A stretch of DNA of 64,000 nucleotides from Candidatus Eiseniibacteriota bacterium (GTDB lineage Bacteria > Arandabacterota > Arandabacteria > Arandabacterales > Arandabacteraceae): positions 1 through 64,000 of the forward strand of contig JBDRNT010000069.1 of NCBI GenBank assembly GCA_043810925.1, in the 5' to 3' direction. How positions within the stretch are numbered: position 1 is the first letter of the stretch; each line of letters begins with the position of its first letter. The notes under the pieces were generated by a model. That model was not told the DNA's origin. It was given only the letters and a program-made list of their open reading frames with translations, and did no database searches. The position numbers were made by a program, and so were the translations under genes. Of this stretch, positions 29,529 to 38,223 are shown piece by piece.

Positions 29529-30941
29529 TCAGTGTGAACCCAGGAACTCGTTGATGGCGGTCGCTGCGCCTCTGCCGGCACCCATCGCCAGAATCACAGT
29601 CGCAGCTCCCGTAACAATATCGCCCCCTGCGAATACCCCTCTCAGACTGGTCGCCCCGGTCCCCTCTTCCGCGATTATGTTGCCCCACTTCGTCGTGTCA
29701 AGCCCCGGGGTGGTAGCGGGGACAAGCGGATTCGGCCCCTGTCCGATAGCCATCACCACAACGTCCACGTCTATACGGAACTCGGAACCCTCGACGGGTA
29801 CAGGCCGGCGCCTGCCACTCGCATCGGGTTCGCCGAGTTGCATTTGGATACATTCGATCTCTTTGACCCATTCCTTCTCATCACCGATTATCCTGACAGG
29901 ATTCGTGAGCTCCCGGAGGATCATCTCCTCTTCCAGGGCGTTCACTATCTCTTCCTCCCTGGCGGGCATCTCAGCCCTCGAGCGCCGGTAGATGCAGTAG
30001 ACATCCTCGGCCCCGAGCCTCATCGCGGTCCTCGCCGAATCCATTGCGACATTTCCACCACCCACAACCGCCACGCGTTTGCCGACCGTGATCGGGGTAT
30101 CGTACTCAGGAAAACGATATGCCTTCATAAGGTTCGATCTTGTGAGCCACTCGTTCGCCGAGTAGACCCCATTGAGATTCTCACCGGGAATCTTCATGAA
30201 GTAGGGCAATCCCGCACCCGTACCGAGAAAAACCGCATCGAATCCCTTCTCAAAGAGATCCTCGACCGTCAGCGTCTTACCGACAATGAAGTTGGTGACA
30301 AGTTTGGCCCCGAGTCTCTCGATGTAGTCTACTTCCCGTCTGACGATGTCCTTCGGCAGCCTGAATTCCGGTATGCCGTAAACAAGGACACCACCGGGTT
30401 TGTGAAGTGCTTCATAGATGACAACCTCGTGCCCCATCTTCACCAGGTCGCCCGCCAGCGTCAAGCCGGCCGGTCCCGATCCCACCACCGCCACCTTCTT
30501 GCCGGTCGCCGGGGGCAATTGCGGAACGCCGATCTCCCCCTTTTTCATTTCATAATCGGCGACAAATCTCTCGAGCCTGCCGATCGCAACGGGTTCCCAT
30601 TTCTTCCCGAGCACACAGACCTTCTCACACTGATCTTCCTGCGGACAAACCCTGCCACAGACGGCGGGAAGGCTGTTCTTCTCTCTTATCTTCGCACCGG
30701 CCTCGGCAAACTTGCCTTCACTCACCAGCGAAATGAAAGCAGGGATATCTATCTCGACGGGGCAACCACCCACGCACGGCTGTTTCTTGCAACTGAGGCA
30801 GCGCTGAGCTTCTATGATGGCTTGCTCTTCAGTGTAACCGAGCGCCACCTCGTCGAAGTTTCGCCGTCTTACCCGGGGATCCTGATGCGGCATCGCCTGG
30901 CGCTCAGCTCTTGCCTTCGGTTTCGCTCCTTCGTCGCTCAC
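29529..30941 (-). CDS. nfnB: Electron-bifurcating transhydrogenase large subunit (NfnB/SudA, GltD-like)
   Basis: EAQRCLSC...CVGGCPV, VCGRVCPQE.QCE, GSGPAGL, YGIPEFRLPK, GGGNVAMD; GTGA overlap with nfnA; no gltB present. Confidence 0.85.
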   Translation of the reverse strand: MSDEGAKPKARAERQAMPHQDPRVRRRNFDEVALGYTEEQAIIEAQRCLSCKKQPCVGGCPVEIDIPAFISLVSEGKFAEAGAKIREKNSLPAVCGRVCPQEDQCEKVCVLGKKWEPVAIGRLERFVADYEMKKGEIGVPQLPPATGKKVAVVGSGPAGLTLAGDLVKMGHEVVIYEALHKPGGVLVYGIPEFRLPKDIVRREVDYIERLGAKLVTNFIVGKTLTVEDLFEKGFDAVFLGTGAGLPYFMKIPGENLNGVYSANEWLTRSNLMKAYRFPEYDTPITVGKRVAVVGGGNVAMDSARTAMRLGAEDVYCIYRRSRAEMPAREEEIVNALEEEMILRELTNPVRIIGDEKEWVKEIECIQMQLGEPDASGRRRPVPVEGSEFRIDVDVVVMAIGQGPNPLVPATTPGLDTTKWGNIIAEEGTGATSLRGVFAGGDIVTGAATVILAMGAGRGAATAINEFLGSH

Positions 30942-31783
30942 TCTGAACACCCTCCGCACTTGTCATTTTCGAATCTCTCGAGAGAGGCTCTTTCGTCATC
31001 GCAGTATATCTGTTGACGTGCACAGAGAACATCAAAATCCACTTCGGCAGCGTCGAATTCCGGGCCGTCTACGCATGCGAACATGGTCTTGCCGCCCACA
31101 CTCACCCGGCACACCCCGCACATCCCGGTCCCATCGACCATGATTGGATTCAAACTGACCTTGGCCATTATACCGTGTTTCATTGTAACAAGGGCAAACG
31201 CTTTCATCATGGGTACAGGACCTATACCAACAGCAAAGCCGAACTTGTAACCATCGTTAATGAGACCTTCCAGCTCCTGAGTAACAAACGCCTTCTTGCC
31301 GTAGGAGCCGTCGTCGGTAGTGACATATATCTCATCACTGACGCCGGTCATCTCGTTCTCAAGAATCAGGAGGTTCTTCGACCTGGCGCCGATTATCGAG
31401 ATCACGCGGTTACCCGCAGCCCTCAGCGCTCTAGCGATCGGATAGACGGGCGCGATGCCTATGCCACCGCCTATGCATGCGACCGTCCCGAAATTATCGA
31501 TATGGGTCGCCTTCCCAAGCGGACCGGCCAAATCGAGAATGGTATCACCTTCACCAAGCATGCCTAGATGTCTTGTCGTCTTGCCGACTTCCTGGAAGAT
31601 CAGCGTGAGTTCACCCCGGTCACGGTTGAAATCAGCTACAGTGAGTGGGATGCGCTCGCCTTCCTCATGGATCCTCAGTATAATGAACTGCCCGGGCTCG
31701 ACCTTTGACGCGATCATGGGGGCATCGACCACGAAGAGCTTTGTATCAGGAGTCAGTAAGTCTTTTCGCTTTATCTTGAACAT
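30938..31783 (-). CDS. nfnA: Electron-bifurcating transhydrogenase small subunit (NfnA/SudB)
   Basis: GERIPLTVAD, GGGIG.AP, TTDDGSYG, MVDGTGMCGVCRV...ACVDGPEFD. Confidence 0.88.
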   Translation of the reverse strand: MFKIKRKDLLTPDTKLFVVDAPMIASKVEPGQFIILRIHEEGERIPLTVADFNRDRGELTLIFQEVGKTTRHLGMLGEGDTILDLAGPLGKATHIDNFGTVACIGGGIGIAPVYPIARALRAAGNRVISIIGARSKNLLILENEMTGVSDEIYVTTDDGSYGKKAFVTQELEGLINDGYKFGFAVGIGPVPMMKAFALVTMKHGIMAKVSLNPIMVDGTGMCGVCRVSVGGKTMFACVDGPEFDAAEVDFDVLCARQQIYCDDERASLERFENDKCGGCSE

Positions 31784-31806
31784 GTGGTTCTACCTCCATC
31801 GCGAAC

Positions 31807-32214
31807 TCAATCGACATCCGGGAAGAAGAAACCTATTTCGTAATCCGCCGAGGCGGTCGAGTCCGAAGCGTGAACTGAATTCATCGTCAGGCTTATGCCG
31901 AAGGTCGCCCTTATCGTGCCCTCCGCAGCATTTGCAGGATCCGTTGCGCCGCAGATGCTCCTCACGCGCTCGATAACACCGTCACCCTCAACAACCGTGA
32001 CCACACACCGTCCAGAACTCATGTATTCGGCAAGTGTGTCCAGGAAGTCCTTGCCTTCGTGGACCTTATAAAACCCGCGAGCCTCTTTCGCGCTCAGGTG
32101 CACCATTTTCATCGCAACAACTTGAATGCCCGCCTCTTCGAGAAACGATAAGATCCGGCCGATGTGGTTCCGACGGACGGCATCGGGTTTGACAATGAAT
32201 AGCGATCGTTGCAT
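31807..32214 (-). CDS. ndk: Nucleoside diphosphate kinase
   Basis: IVKPDAV, GATDP..A..GTIR, NSVHASDS. Confidence 0.96.
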   Translation of the reverse strand: MQRSLFIVKPDAVRRNHIGRILSFLEEAGIQVVAMKMVHLSAKEARGFYKVHEGKDFLDTLAEYMSSGRCVVTVVEGDGVIERVRSICGATDPANAAEGTIRATFGISLTMNSVHASDSTASADYEIGFFFPDVD

Positions 32215-32229
32215 GACTCCCCCTCACTC

Positions 32230-32257
32230 AAAAAAAGGGTTCCTCGTTGGAACCCTC
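32230..32257 (-). terminator. Terminator-like hairpin in the ndk leader
   Basis: Minus strand AGGGTTCC-aacga-GGAACCCT followed by a T run, about 15 nt upstream of the ndk ATG. Confidence 0.55.
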
Positions 32258-32329
32258 ACCCGATCAAAGAGCATCAGCTCCCATAACCTATAACACAAGG
32301 CCTGCTCCGCCGCAACCCTATTTTATAGG

Positions 32330-32360
32330 AAAAAGCGGCAGACCCGGGAGTCCGCCGCCC
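32330..32360 (-). terminator. Terminator after the histone-like gene
   Basis: Minus strand GCGGCGGACTC..GGGTCTGCCGC-TTTTT. Confidence 0.7.
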
Positions 32361-32385
32361 ACTAATACCTGACCAACCGACCGCG

Positions 32386-32592
32386 CTATTTCTTCTTCGT
32401 GGTCTTCTTCTTCGCGGTCTTCTTCTTGGCCACCTTCTTCTTGGTGGTCTTCTTCTTGGCCACCTTCTTCTTGGTGGTCTTCTTCTTGGCCACCTTCTTC
32501 TTGGTGGTCTTCTTGGCCACCTTCTTCTTCGTCGTCTTCTTCACCGGCTTCTTCTTCGCCACCTTCTTCTTCGGCTTCCTTTTAACTACCAT
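32386..32592 (-). CDS. Small Lys-rich histone H1-like protein (68 aa)
   Basis: MVVKRKPKKKVAKKKPVKKTT(KKKVAKKKTT)n; purine-rich RBS; own terminator. Confidence 0.75.
   Translation of the reverse strand: MVVKRKPKKKVAKKKPVKKTTKKKVAKKTTKKKVAKKKTTKKKVAKKKTTKKKVAKKKTAKKKTTKKK
32395..32575. repeat. In-frame 27-30 bp tandem repeats
   Basis: Unit cttcttcttggtggtcttcttcttggccac repeated with variants. Confidence 0.85.
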
Positions 32593-32702
32593 TCTGACTG
32601 CCCCCTTTCTCTCAGTTTGTCCTCCCGCGTTCAGCCTCATCCCGGTTCAGTAACGGCCGAACATCTGAGAGGATGACCGTTAACCGATCACACTGCTCTG
32701 AG

Positions 32703-32731
32703 ATTGCACAACTATTGCAAATGTTTGTCAA
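32703..32731 (-). promoter_or_regulatory. Promoter of the histone-like gene overlapped by a TTGCA-N7-TGCAA palindrome
   Basis: Minus strand TTGACA-17-TGCAAT; TTGCACAACTATTGCAA at 32704-32720. Confidence 0.5.
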
Positions 32732-32760
32732 GCTGTTTTGCAGTATTTTTGGTTTTCTTG

Positions 32761-33639
32761 CTAGTTTTGTTTTGCCAGAAGCTCCGCGATGATTTCACTG
32801 ATCTCTTCCGGAGTTCCGGCAACCGGAACACCACATGCTTCGAAAGCTTCAATCTTCTCCTTCGCGGTTCCGGTTCCACCGGAAATGATCGCGCCTGCAT
32901 GACCCATTCTCTTTCCGGGCGGGGCAGTCATCCCTGCGACGAAAGCAACAACAGGTTTCGTGACCGATGCCTTGATGAACCGCGCGGCTTCTTCCTCATC
33001 GGTACCACCGATCTCGCCTATCAGCACGATCGCCTTGGTCTGATCGTCGGCCTCAAACAATGTCAGCGCATCGATGAAGTTTGTTCCTATGATCGGGTCT
33101 CCACCTATACCTATGCAGGTCGACTGGCCGATCTTCTTGCGCGTCAGATGATAGACGACTTCATACGTCAAGGTTCCACTTCTTGATACCACGCCGACCG
33201 GCCCAGGCATGTGGATTCGTCCGGGCATTATACCGACCTTGGCCGCACCCGGTGTTATGATACCCGGGCAGTTCGGACCGATCAGCCGCGTGTTCTTTGT
33301 CCTGAGGTAGTCGCAGATCTTCACCATATCCAGCGTCGGGATTCCCTCGGCAATACAGACTATGACGGCAACTCCGGCATCACACGCTTCATAAATGGCA
33401 TCCGCCGCGGCAAACCATGGAACATAGATGACGGATGTATTCGCACCCGTCTCTTTGACGGCGGCGCCGACCGAATTGAAAACAGGGATTCCGTCGACCT
33501 TGAGTCCACCCTTCCCCGGGGTAACCCCCGCGACGACGTCGGTGCCGTATTCTTTCATCTGAAGAGCGTGGAACTTCCCGTCTCTGCCGGTGATGCCCTG
33601 CACAACAACTCTTGTGTCTTTTCCGACGAGCACGCCCAT
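32761..33639 (-). CDS. sucD: Succinyl-CoA ligase alpha subunit
   Basis: [30 protein letters not shown]. Confidence 0.96.
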   Translation of the reverse strand: MGVLVGKDTRVVVQGITGRDGKFHALQMKEYGTDVVAGVTPGKGGLKVDGIPVFNSVGAAVKETGANTSVIYVPWFAAADAIYEACDAGVAVIVCIAEGIPTLDMVKICDYLRTKNTRLIGPNCPGIITPGAAKVGIMPGRIHMPGPVGVVSRSGTLTYEVVYHLTRKKIGQSTCIGIGGDPIIGTNFIDALTLFEADDQTKAIVLIGEIGGTDEEEAARFIKASVTKPVVAFVAGMTAPPGKRMGHAGAIISGGTGTAKEKIEAFEACGVPVAGTPEEISEIIAELLAKQN

Positions 33640-34779
33640 TTATTTTTCTCCTTTGCTTAACCGTATCGCTTCTTTAACACCCTCATCCATCGAGGAGACC
33701 GAAACAACATCAACCTTCTTGAGGATTTCCTTCGCGACATCCTCATTCGTGCCTGTGAGCCTCACCACCACCGGAACATTGATCTTCATGTTGCCCACTG
33801 CCTCGACGATGCCGTTGGCGACATCGTCACACCTCGTGATTCCACCGAATATGTTGAAGAGGATCGCCTTGACGTTCTTGTCGAAGAGTATTATCTCCAT
33901 CGCGGTAGTCACCTTCTCGGGACTGGAGCTGCCGCCGATGTCAAGAAAGTTCGCCGGCTCGGCACCATAGCGTTTGACCATGTCCATCGTCGCCATGGCA
34001 AGACCTGCCCCGTTTACGATGCAGCCGATCGTCCCGTCGAGCTTTACATAGCTGAGTCCCATCTCCCTTGCTTTGATCTCCTCGGGATTCTCAGCGTCGA
34101 GGTCCCGCTTCTTCTCGATCTCCGGCCGTCTCGAAAGCGCGTTGTCGTCTATGTTGATCTTGGCGTCAAGCGCGATCATCTCGTCACCCGGTGTCCTCAC
34201 AAAAGGATTGATCTCGGCAAGCGAAGCATCGACGCCCGTGAAGACGTTGTAGAGCTTCGTCAGTACGCCAGCCGTTTTCATTGCCAGTTTCCCGTCCGGG
34301 ACTATCTTGAAGGCAAGTTCCCTCGCCTCGTATGGCAGAAGACCACGCTGCGGGTCGACCGCATACTTGTGGATCTTCTCCGGGGTCTCTCTCGCAACCT
34401 CTTCTATGTCGACACCCCCGGCGGAGCTCACCATCACAACCGGCTTCTGTGATTTTCTGTCAACGATGATCCCGAGATAATACTCGTCGGAGACATCGAG
34501 ACACTCCCCCACCAGCACCTTTTTAACAGGAAGACCCTTTATCTCCATCGAGAGAATCTCGGATGCGACCTTCCGGGCTTCTTCCGGAGAGGACGCGAAC
34601 TTTATTCCCCCCGCCTTACCTCGACCACCGACATGGACCTGCGCCTTTATCACAACCTTCTTGCCTATTTCCCGGGCAATCGCACTCGCCTCCTCAGGCG
34701 TTGCCGCCACCTTGCCACCCGGGACGGCGATCCCGTAATCTGCAAAGATCTCCTTCGCCTGGTACTCGTGCAGTTTCAA
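33640..34779 (-). CDS. sucC: Succinyl-CoA ligase beta subunit
   Basis: KLHEYQAK, GGRGKAGG, NGAGLAMATMD, NIFGGITRCD. Confidence 0.96.
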   Translation of the reverse strand: MKLHEYQAKEIFADYGIAVPGGKVAATPEEASAIAREIGKKVVIKAQVHVGGRGKAGGIKFASSPEEARKVASEILSMEIKGLPVKKVLVGECLDVSDEYYLGIIVDRKSQKPVVMVSSAGGVDIEEVARETPEKIHKYAVDPQRGLLPYEARELAFKIVPDGKLAMKTAGVLTKLYNVFTGVDASLAEINPFVRTPGDEMIALDAKINIDDNALSRRPEIEKKRDLDAENPEEIKAREMGLSYVKLDGTIGCIVNGAGLAMATMDMVKRYGAEPANFLDIGGSSSPEKVTTAMEIILFDKNVKAILFNIFGGITRCDDVANGIVEAVGNMKINVPVVVRLTGTNEDVAKEILKKVDVVSVSSMDEGVKEAIRLSKGEK

Positions 34780-36113
34780 TTCCCTGCCTCCTCTCCTTTA
34801 AGGAAATCGGTCAGAATTGATTGAATGTCCGGCTTACCCACTTCTTCGAGCTTGTATGTCACCCTCACAATGGGAATGTCAATCTTGATCACCAACCGCA
34901 GATCTGCAGGGGTGCCGTTTATCACCACATCCGCCCCGCTTGCCCTGATGGTCGCCTCAAGGTCCCGCGTCTGTCCCTCTCCATAACCCATAGCGGGAAC
35001 GAGATCTTCGATATGGTCATACTTCTCGAGCGTCTGCTTTATCTCCCCAACTGCAAATCCCCGTGGGTCGATACACTCCGCGGCACCGAATTTCCTAGCG
35101 GCCACCACACCGGCACCGAACTTCATCCCGCCGTGGGTAAGCGTCGGCCCATCCTCGACAACGAGCACCCGCTTGCCTTTGATAAGATCCGGGGCATCGG
35201 CACTGATGGGCGATGCGGCAATTATGATCCGTGCCTCCGGATTGACCGATGCGATAATCCCCTTTACCCTCTCTACGTTTTCCGGTGGCGCCGTGTCCAC
35301 CTTGTTGATCACAACGACGTCGGCCATGCGAAGATTCGCCTCACCAGGGTGGCTTGTGGTCTGGTCGTCCGGTCTATGCGGATCTACGACAACGATGTTG
35401 AGATCAGGCTGGTAAAACGGGAGGTCGTTGTTTCCGCCATCCCAGATCACTATGTCGGCCTCCGCCTCCGCCTGCGCGAGAATCGCCCCGTAGTCCACAC
35501 CGGCATAAACCACCCTGCCTTCGTCGATATGGGGCTCGTATTCCTCTCTCTCTTCTATCGTACATTCGTGCTTGTCAAGATCCTCATGTGTCGCGAACCG
35601 CTGGACAGCCTGCTTCGCAAGATCACCGTAGGGCATCGGGTGTCTTATCACGACAACCTTCTTGCCCGCGGCCTCGAGCACCTCACAGATCTTCCTCGTC
35701 GTCTGGCTTTTTCCCGAACCGGTTCTGGTAGCACAAACGGAGATCAGGGGCTTCTTGGATTCGATCCACGTCGACCGGGCGCCGAGAAGCATGAAGTCAC
35801 TGCCGGCGGCGATCACCTGCGAAGCCTTGTGCATGACCTCGACATGCGGGATGTCGCTGTATGAGAATACGACGAGATCCGCATCCTCGCTTTTTATTAC
35901 CTGATCAAGATCGTCCTCATCCAGTATCGGAATACCATCCGGATAGAGCTTTCCGGCAAGCACGGAGGGATACTTTCTGTCCGTTATGTGGGGGATCTGT
36001 GTGGCGGTGAAAGCCACCACCTTGTAGTCGTCCGCGTCTCTAAAGAAGACATTGAAATTGTGGAAATCCCTACCGGCCGCTCCCATTATCACGACTTTTT
36101 TCGCAGGCACCAC
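34776..36113 (-). CDS. ArcE-like arginine synthetase / cDPG-synthetase-related P-loop protein
   Basis: GAAGRDFHNFN, AFTATQIP, TRTGSGKSQT, RHPMPYGDL, CTIEEREEYEP, WDGGNND, EDGPTLTHGGM. Confidence 0.75.
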   Translation of the reverse strand: MVPAKKVVIMGAAGRDFHNFNVFFRDADDYKVVAFTATQIPHITDRKYPSVLAGKLYPDGIPILDEDDLDQVIKSEDADLVVFSYSDIPHVEVMHKASQVIAAGSDFMLLGARSTWIESKKPLISVCATRTGSGKSQTTRKICEVLEAAGKKVVVIRHPMPYGDLAKQAVQRFATHEDLDKHECTIEEREEYEPHIDEGRVVYAGVDYGAILAQAEAEADIVIWDGGNNDLPFYQPDLNIVVVDPHRPDDQTTSHPGEANLRMADVVVINKVDTAPPENVERVKGIIASVNPEARIIIAASPISADAPDLIKGKRVLVVEDGPTLTHGGMKFGAGVVAARKFGAAECIDPRGFAVGEIKQTLEKYDHIEDLVPAMGYGEGQTRDLEATIRASGADVVINGTPADLRLVIKIDIPIVRVTYKLEEVGKPDIQSILTDFLKGEEAGN

Positions 36114-36159
36114 TGCACCTCCTCTTCGCCTAAGCTGTTTGAACCCTTACAGCGCTCAC

Positions 36160-37719
36160 CTACAATCTCCCTGTGAGTCCGACTGCACATCTGTATGCCC
36201 ATCCCGGAACCGGGAAACTGCTGCTCGTTGTCATCGCGAAGACCTTGCCGGGATTAAAAAGCCCGAGCCTGTCGATTTCGCGTTTGATCCTGCTCAGATC
36301 CCTGAAGTCTCCGCCGAGTATCCGCTTCGAATAGGGACTGTTCCAGAGACCGATCCCATAGGGTATGCCCCCGGCTTTCACACCCCTTGCTACAACCCGG
36401 CCGGTCGCAAGGACATCCCTCGTAGGTCCGCGCCCGGCCGCACGATCATTCAGGATACCGACTGCAAAGAGCGCTCTGCCACTGTCCACCAGCCGGCACT
36501 CACAAAGCAGATCTTCCCCACTGCGAGTGCGTCGCCCCAGAGTCGCTCGAAGCCGCCGGGCCCGGTCCGTTTCTATAAGAATCTCCCCGGCAAGACGAAC
36601 GCTGCCCTCATTCACCGCAGCCAGGTACGTCGACGTTTCTCCCTGGACTTCTGACGCGTCACCACCGGCATCGACTTCCAGTCCGGCAGCCAGCGCAAGG
36701 TCCTTAAGCATCGCTTCACACCGGTTGATGCAGGTATCATCACCCTCTTCCACCACACTTATAAGCCCCGCATCACCCGTCTCAATTCCGGTCTTCTTAC
36801 CAAACAGACGTGCGCGGTTCTCCCCGATCAATCTGGTGGAAAACGGAGGACTGTCGACGCGTGAGAGCCGGGTTAGAATCTCGAATCCATCCTCTTCCTT
36901 GTTCAACCGGATGAGGTAGTATGCTCGCCGCTCGGGTCTGGTCTTCACCGGCAGGGTAAGCTTGGTGATCACCCCCATCTGTCCCTCGGTACCTGAAAAA
37001 CTGCGAGTCGCGTACCTCCCTTCACCCTTGGCCGAGTTTACCAGGAGTCCGGAGGCAAGGGCGACTTCCACCGAGGCCACCTGCTCGTGGAACTTCCCCT
37101 CCCTGTGCGTACCGACGCCATAACCACCGGTGCTCATCCAGCCGCCGACCGTGGCCGAGCCGGCGTTGGCGGGATAGCAGCGAAGCGAGAGGTCTTCCAT
37201 GGAAAGATTCTCCTCAAGGCCTTTCCAGGTGCAGCCCGCCTCAACCGTAACGGTCCCTCCACTCCTGTCGATCGAAATGACCCGGGCCATCCGCGAGACG
37301 TCTACGACAACGCCGCCTCGTACCGGCATCGCACCGCCGAGGCCGGCTCTTCCACCGCCCCTGGGCACCGCCGGTGTCTTCTCTTCGATACATACATCGA
37401 GCATATCGGCGGCACACTGACCCGAATCGGGAAAGGCAATCACTTCCGGTGTGCGTGAGAAGATCCTGGAAAGCACTTTCCGGTGAGGAGCGAAGTCATG
37501 CCGGTAGCGTTCGCATTCATCCTCATCCGTGGAAATCTTATCGTCGCCGACACGAGAAGCGAGTGCGTGCGCGATATCGGAACTCTCTCTGGACCGTACA
37601 GACATCCCCTTCCCGAGGAAACCGATTTTGCCGACTCTTCTGCCTACATGTATACGCTTTCTTCCCAAGTCTCGTGCCTCTCGGCCGTCGCGCGATGTCG
37701 ATGCACTCTTCCCGGTCAT
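36160..37719 (-). CDS. FAD-binding oxidoreductase (PCMH/FAD_binding_4 family), divergent
   Basis: VPRGGG...GG, VEAGCTW, ATVGGW, GTEGQMGVIT, LFNPGK; true start uncertain. Confidence 0.75.
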   Translation of the reverse strand: MTGKSASTSRDGREARDLGRKRIHVGRRVGKIGFLGKGMSVRSRESSDIAHALASRVGDDKISTDEDECERYRHDFAPHRKVLSRIFSRTPEVIAFPDSGQCAADMLDVCIEEKTPAVPRGGGRAGLGGAMPVRGGVVVDVSRMARVISIDRSGGTVTVEAGCTWKGLEENLSMEDLSLRCYPANAGSATVGGWMSTGGYGVGTHREGKFHEQVASVEVALASGLLVNSAKGEGRYATRSFSGTEGQMGVITKLTLPVKTRPERRAYYLIRLNKEEDGFEILTRLSRVDSPPFSTRLIGENRARLFGKKTGIETGDAGLISVVEEGDDTCINRCEAMLKDLALAAGLEVDAGGDASEVQGETSTYLAAVNEGSVRLAGEILIETDRARRLRATLGRRTRSGEDLLCECRLVDSGRALFAVGILNDRAAGRGPTRDVLATGRVVARGVKAGGIPYGIGLWNSPYSKRILGGDFRDLSRIKREIDRLGLFNPGKVFAMTTSSSFPVPGWAYRCAVGLTGRL

Positions 37720-38222
37720 GACTCAGCTTCAGGTGTGTCTTTGTATCGCTCCGCAATATCCCTGAGCAGTTTCGCGGTGGAATGCCCGCCGTGAAGGGGC
37801 AAACGCACAACCTTTCCTCCCGACTCCTCCACCTGCTTTCTCCCGACTATTTCGTCGATCGCATAGTCACCGCCCTTGACAAGCACATCGGGTAGCAGGA
37901 CCGTTATCACCCGTTCCGGGGTGTCTTCATCGAATACCGTGACGAAGTCGACCGACTCAAGCGCGGCCACTACCGCAGTCCTGTCATCCTCGAGAACTAT
38001 CGGTCTCTTCTCGCCCTTAAGTCTCCTCACCGAGTCGTCGCTGTTGATTCCCACTGCAAGCTGGTCGCCGAGATTCCGTGCCGCCCTGAGCAGTTCGACA
38101 TGTCCCCTGTGGAGAATGTCAAAGCATCCATTCGTGAACACAAAGCGCTTCCCGGCTTTGCGGGCGGTTTCTCTGGCGTCCCTCAGTTGGTCCAACGTCA
38201 CGATCTTGTTCATGGAATCCAC
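37716..38222 (-). CDS. hldC: D-glycero-beta-D-manno-heptose 1-phosphate adenylyltransferase
   Basis: FTNGCFDILHRGH, GINSDDSVRRLKG, LVKGGDY. Confidence 0.93.
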   Translation of the reverse strand: MDSMNKIVTLDQLRDARETARKAGKRFVFTNGCFDILHRGHVELLRAARNLGDQLAVGINSDDSVRRLKGEKRPIVLEDDRTAVVAALESVDFVTVFDEDTPERVITVLLPDVLVKGGDYAIDEIVGRKQVEESGGKVVRLPLHGGHSTAKLLRDIAERYKDTPEAES

Positions 38223-38223
38223 T

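Noticed and set aside
29529..30941. Glutamate synthase
   Set aside because: There is no gltB large subunit, and it is paired with an NfnA-type gene, so Nfn is the better call.
32395..32575. 30-bp repeats as a CRISPR array
   Set aside because: The repeats are directly tandem with no unique spacers, are in-frame coding sequence, and have no cas genes nearby.
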